A stretch of 63,668 nt of DNA, filler included, from Olpidium bornovanus S191 (Eukaryota; Fungi; Olpidiomycota), in the NCBI GenBank assembly GCA_017911155.1. It is 33 parts of 33 records of this genome, joined end to end, with 100 filler letters (N's around TTAATTAATTAA, not from the genome) between each part and the next. Parts side by side here need not be neighbours in the genome. Positions count along the whole stretch, not along the records: positions 58,989 to 62,551 come from JAEFCI010000857.1; positions 62,652 to 63,668 come from JAEFCI010011208.1; 31 more parts are not named here. One strand, 5' to 3'. Each line of letters begins with the position of its first letter. Position 1 is the first letter of the stretch. The position numbers and the translations under genes are program-made. The notes below the pieces were generated by a model. It was given only the letters and a program-made list of their open reading frames with translations. It ran no database searches and was not told where the DNA came from. This document shows, in pieces, positions 60,943 through 63,668 of this stretch.

Positions 60943-62551
60943 ATGCGTGCGCTGCTCGCTTCGGCAGCTTGCAGCGCACGGGGGTGCCCGCTGTGCGGCA
61001 TGCCAACGCCGCTTTCAACCGCGGTGGCGCGGCGTCATTCCAGCGGCCGCGCGTCTTCAACGCCACGCGTGCCAGCTGCCGACAATTCACGGCCAGATGC
61101 TTTGTTTCCTCGGCGTGTCCTTTCTGGCATCCAGCCGACGGGCGCGCCGCATCTCGGGAACTACCTCGGGGCGTTGCGAAACTGGCAACGGCTGCAGACT
61201 GAGCCAGGTGACCCCTCCGGGCCGTCGCTGTACATGATCGCCGACCTGCACGCCCTCACGCTTCCGCAGGATCCTGCGGTGTTGCGGAAGTCTTGCGTCG
61301 AAGCCACCGCCACCCTCCTCGCGTGCGGGATAGATCCCGGAAGGAGCATTTTGTTCCGGCAAAGCATGGTAGGAAGCTCAAACGGGGGAATGCGTGGACC
61401 GAACTCGTGTGAAACGGAATTCAAACCCTCACACATCCTCTCCTGGTAAACGGTGGGTGGCTGCGAGCACGCAGGTTCCGCAACATGCCGAACTGTCCTG
61501 GATTTTCACATGCATGACTCCCGTGGGGTGGTTGAGTAACATGAACCAATGGAAGGTAACACGAAGGCTTGTCGCGGCAGTTTATTCGTTTCCCGCCGTA
61601 CTTTTTGTCGCCTTCTTCCTGCACGTACTCGTGAAGTTAAAAAAGTCTTTATGAAACTGCTGTGAATGATTTGCACCAACGCAGTTTTGCTTTATCCGTG
61701 ACGCAGGCAAAACTTGATGCCATGCAAGGACCCAGGGGAATCGCGAAGATGGACGTCAACTGTCATCTATCACTAGGTCTGTTCGGGTATCCCGTCTTAC
61801 AGGCAGCTGATGTTCTTCTGTATAAGTACGTCGGCAATTCGGCGGCGTTTTCGTCACACCCTAGCTACCCACTCATCGTGTTAAGCTGTTTGATTTTTGA
61901 ATCCTTTCCAGGGCGACGGATGTTCCGGTAGGCGAGGACCAGACGCAACACCTGCAGCTGGCGCGGGATATAGGCCGGAGGTTCAACCAGAAGTGCAAAA
62001 CAGCGGTGTTTCCAATGCCGTCCGCATTAATATGTATGCATCCGGTAACCGATTATTTGGGGGAAGCTGGAGGACGTTCAACACTAACCGCGCCATCAAA
62101 CCTCCCGTTTGCCGCCTCAGCGGAATCCAAGCGGATAATGTCCTTGAAGCATCCAGAGGTGAAGATGTCTAAGTCCGCTCCAGCCGATAACACACGGATC
62201 AACCTCTCTGACTCACCCGACGTAATCCGCAAAAAGATACGCGGGGCTGTGACTGACCTAGAAAAGGGCGTGGCTTTCGATCCAGAAAAGCGCTGCGGCC
62301 TGGCAAACCTTTTGCGGATTTACGCCGCCGTCACAGATCGCACGCCGGAGCAAGTGGTCGAGGAGTACGCAGATTGCGACTCGCTGGCACGATTCAAGGA
62401 CGGTCTGGTGGCCGTCCTGATCGATCGACTCGGTCCAATTCAGAAGGAGATGGAGAGGCTTGCTGCGGACAGGAGCTACGTCGAGGGGGTTCTCCTAGGC
62501 GGTTCTCACGCCGCAATGGAGATTGCCGGTCGGACGATGGATGAGGTCATG
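60943..62551 (+). CDS. MSW1: Mitochondrial tryptophanyl-tRNA synthetase, 3' truncated, five exons
   Basis: [19 protein letters not shown] (HIGH-like), [53 protein letters not shown]. Confidence 0.98.
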
Positions 62552-62651
62552 NNNNNNNNNNNNNNNNNNNNNNNNNNNNNNNNNNNNNNNNNNNNTTAAT
62601 TAATTAANNNNNNNNNNNNNNNNNNNNNNNNNNNNNNNNNNNNNNNNNNNN

Positions 62652-62694
<43 letters not shown>

Positions 62695-62904
62695 CGGCAG
62701 GCGCAAGAAAGAATCTCGTGAAGCGAAAAAAAAAAGGAGAGATCCGCGGCCGGCCTTTCCGACGGTCTCGACGGGTTGTGTTCCGGGACGGGGAGGGACG
62801 GCCGTTTTCCCGGACGCGGACCAGTCCAAATTCCGGGAAAGTTTGGCAAGAAAAAAAAACCCCCGCGCGTGCGCCGGGCCCCGGGCCCGTCCCCCTCCCC
62901 CCCT

Positions 62905-62936
<32 letters not shown>

Positions 62937-62937
62937 T

Positions 62938-63085
62938 TGTTGGCGCAACGGTCGCCCGCTCCTTCCTCTCTCTCTCTGCTTCCTTTTTTTGTGTTTGTGG
63001 CTGCGGTATATTTACTAAACGGTACGCCGTAGGCGTATACAGTGTATATATAAGCCTTAATAAATGGAATTTTGACTCATACCCC

Positions 63086-63116
<31 letters not shown>

Positions 63117-63424
63117 ATGCGCGCGCGCACCGCCGGACTCTCCTGCGCAAGCACGGCCGACCGACCGGCCCCCGGAGGCGGGGATTTTTCGGCGCGCGCG
63201 TTGGGGGGGAAGAGGGCGGGGGGGGGGGAAGTGCGTGTCGAAAATAAAGGGGGAGGCTGAGCAGCACGAGCACTGCGCACGCCAAAAAGTCCCTGTTACC
63301 CCTTTGTAGAGTCCCTAGTTTCCCGTCATATAAAACAGGCCGGGAGTAGATAGCGGCGCAACGCCCCGAATACAATACAGAAAACCCCTTCCACTTCTTC
63401 TCCTTCGGCTTCCGGGAATCAACA
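62938..63424 (+). mobile_element. Probable LTR (about 487 nt)
   Basis: TGTTG...CAACA termini and TATAAAA at 63329-63335. It has the same CCCCT(T)TGTAGA..TATAAAA..GATAGCG..ACAGAAA layout as the LTR at 21588-21967. The 5' boundary is uncertain. Confidence 0.45.
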
Positions 63425-63668
63425 GTGCGAGGCGCTTTTTTGCTCCACCTGGGCCCCCCCTTCGTCGCGCGAGCCGCAGCGGGAAGGGGAGGGGAGGGGA
63501 GGGGAGGGGAGGGGGGGGGGGGGGGGGGGGGGGGGGGAGGGGGGGGGGGGGAAAAAGGGGGACAAGAAGTTCGTCGGGTTTCGGGGGGGAAAGGAAGGAT
63601 GGTTGTGAGCCCGGCGGCCAATCCGGGAAGTTGTTTTTGCATTCCGATCGTCATTTAGAGGCTTTCAG

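Overview
This window is not one contiguous locus. It is 33 short contigs (about 1.0-5.6 kb) joined by 32 identical artificial 100-nt linkers (44 N + TTAATTAATTAA + 44 N), so adjacency across linkers has no biological meaning. The DNA is from a GC-rich, intron-rich eukaryote. Fungal-type genes together with probable flagellar genes point to a zoosporic, early-diverging fungus (Olpidium/chytrid-like; inference). Recognisable, mostly truncated spliced genes: ING PHD protein, GDP-mannose 4,6-dehydratase, PAS histidine kinase, RMD1/RMD8 (DUF155), OXR1/TLDc, GATA+PHD protein, C1a-32/CABCOCO1-like flagellar protein, MAT2B/RmlD-like reductase, PRP6, C9orf85/DUF2039, glutaminyl cyclase, rhodanese and mitochondrial TrpRS. 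There is also tRNA-Glu(CTC), a Ty1/copia RT relic, several LTRs and hAT-like termini. The most striking signal is an AT-rich, frameshifted TV-Pol (transposon-viral family-A polymerase) gene followed by the start of a D5/SF3-helicase-type module (35330-36591). It sits on the same contig as an intron-containing host gene and looks like an endogenised Polinton-like virus/virophage relic. A second candidate viral relic is a whole contig of tightly packed, intronless, decayed ORFs (51194-52929). Contig ends are strongly enriched for CATG, which suggests an NlaIII-based library and a risk of chimeras. All family assignments are from motif recognition; no database search was run.
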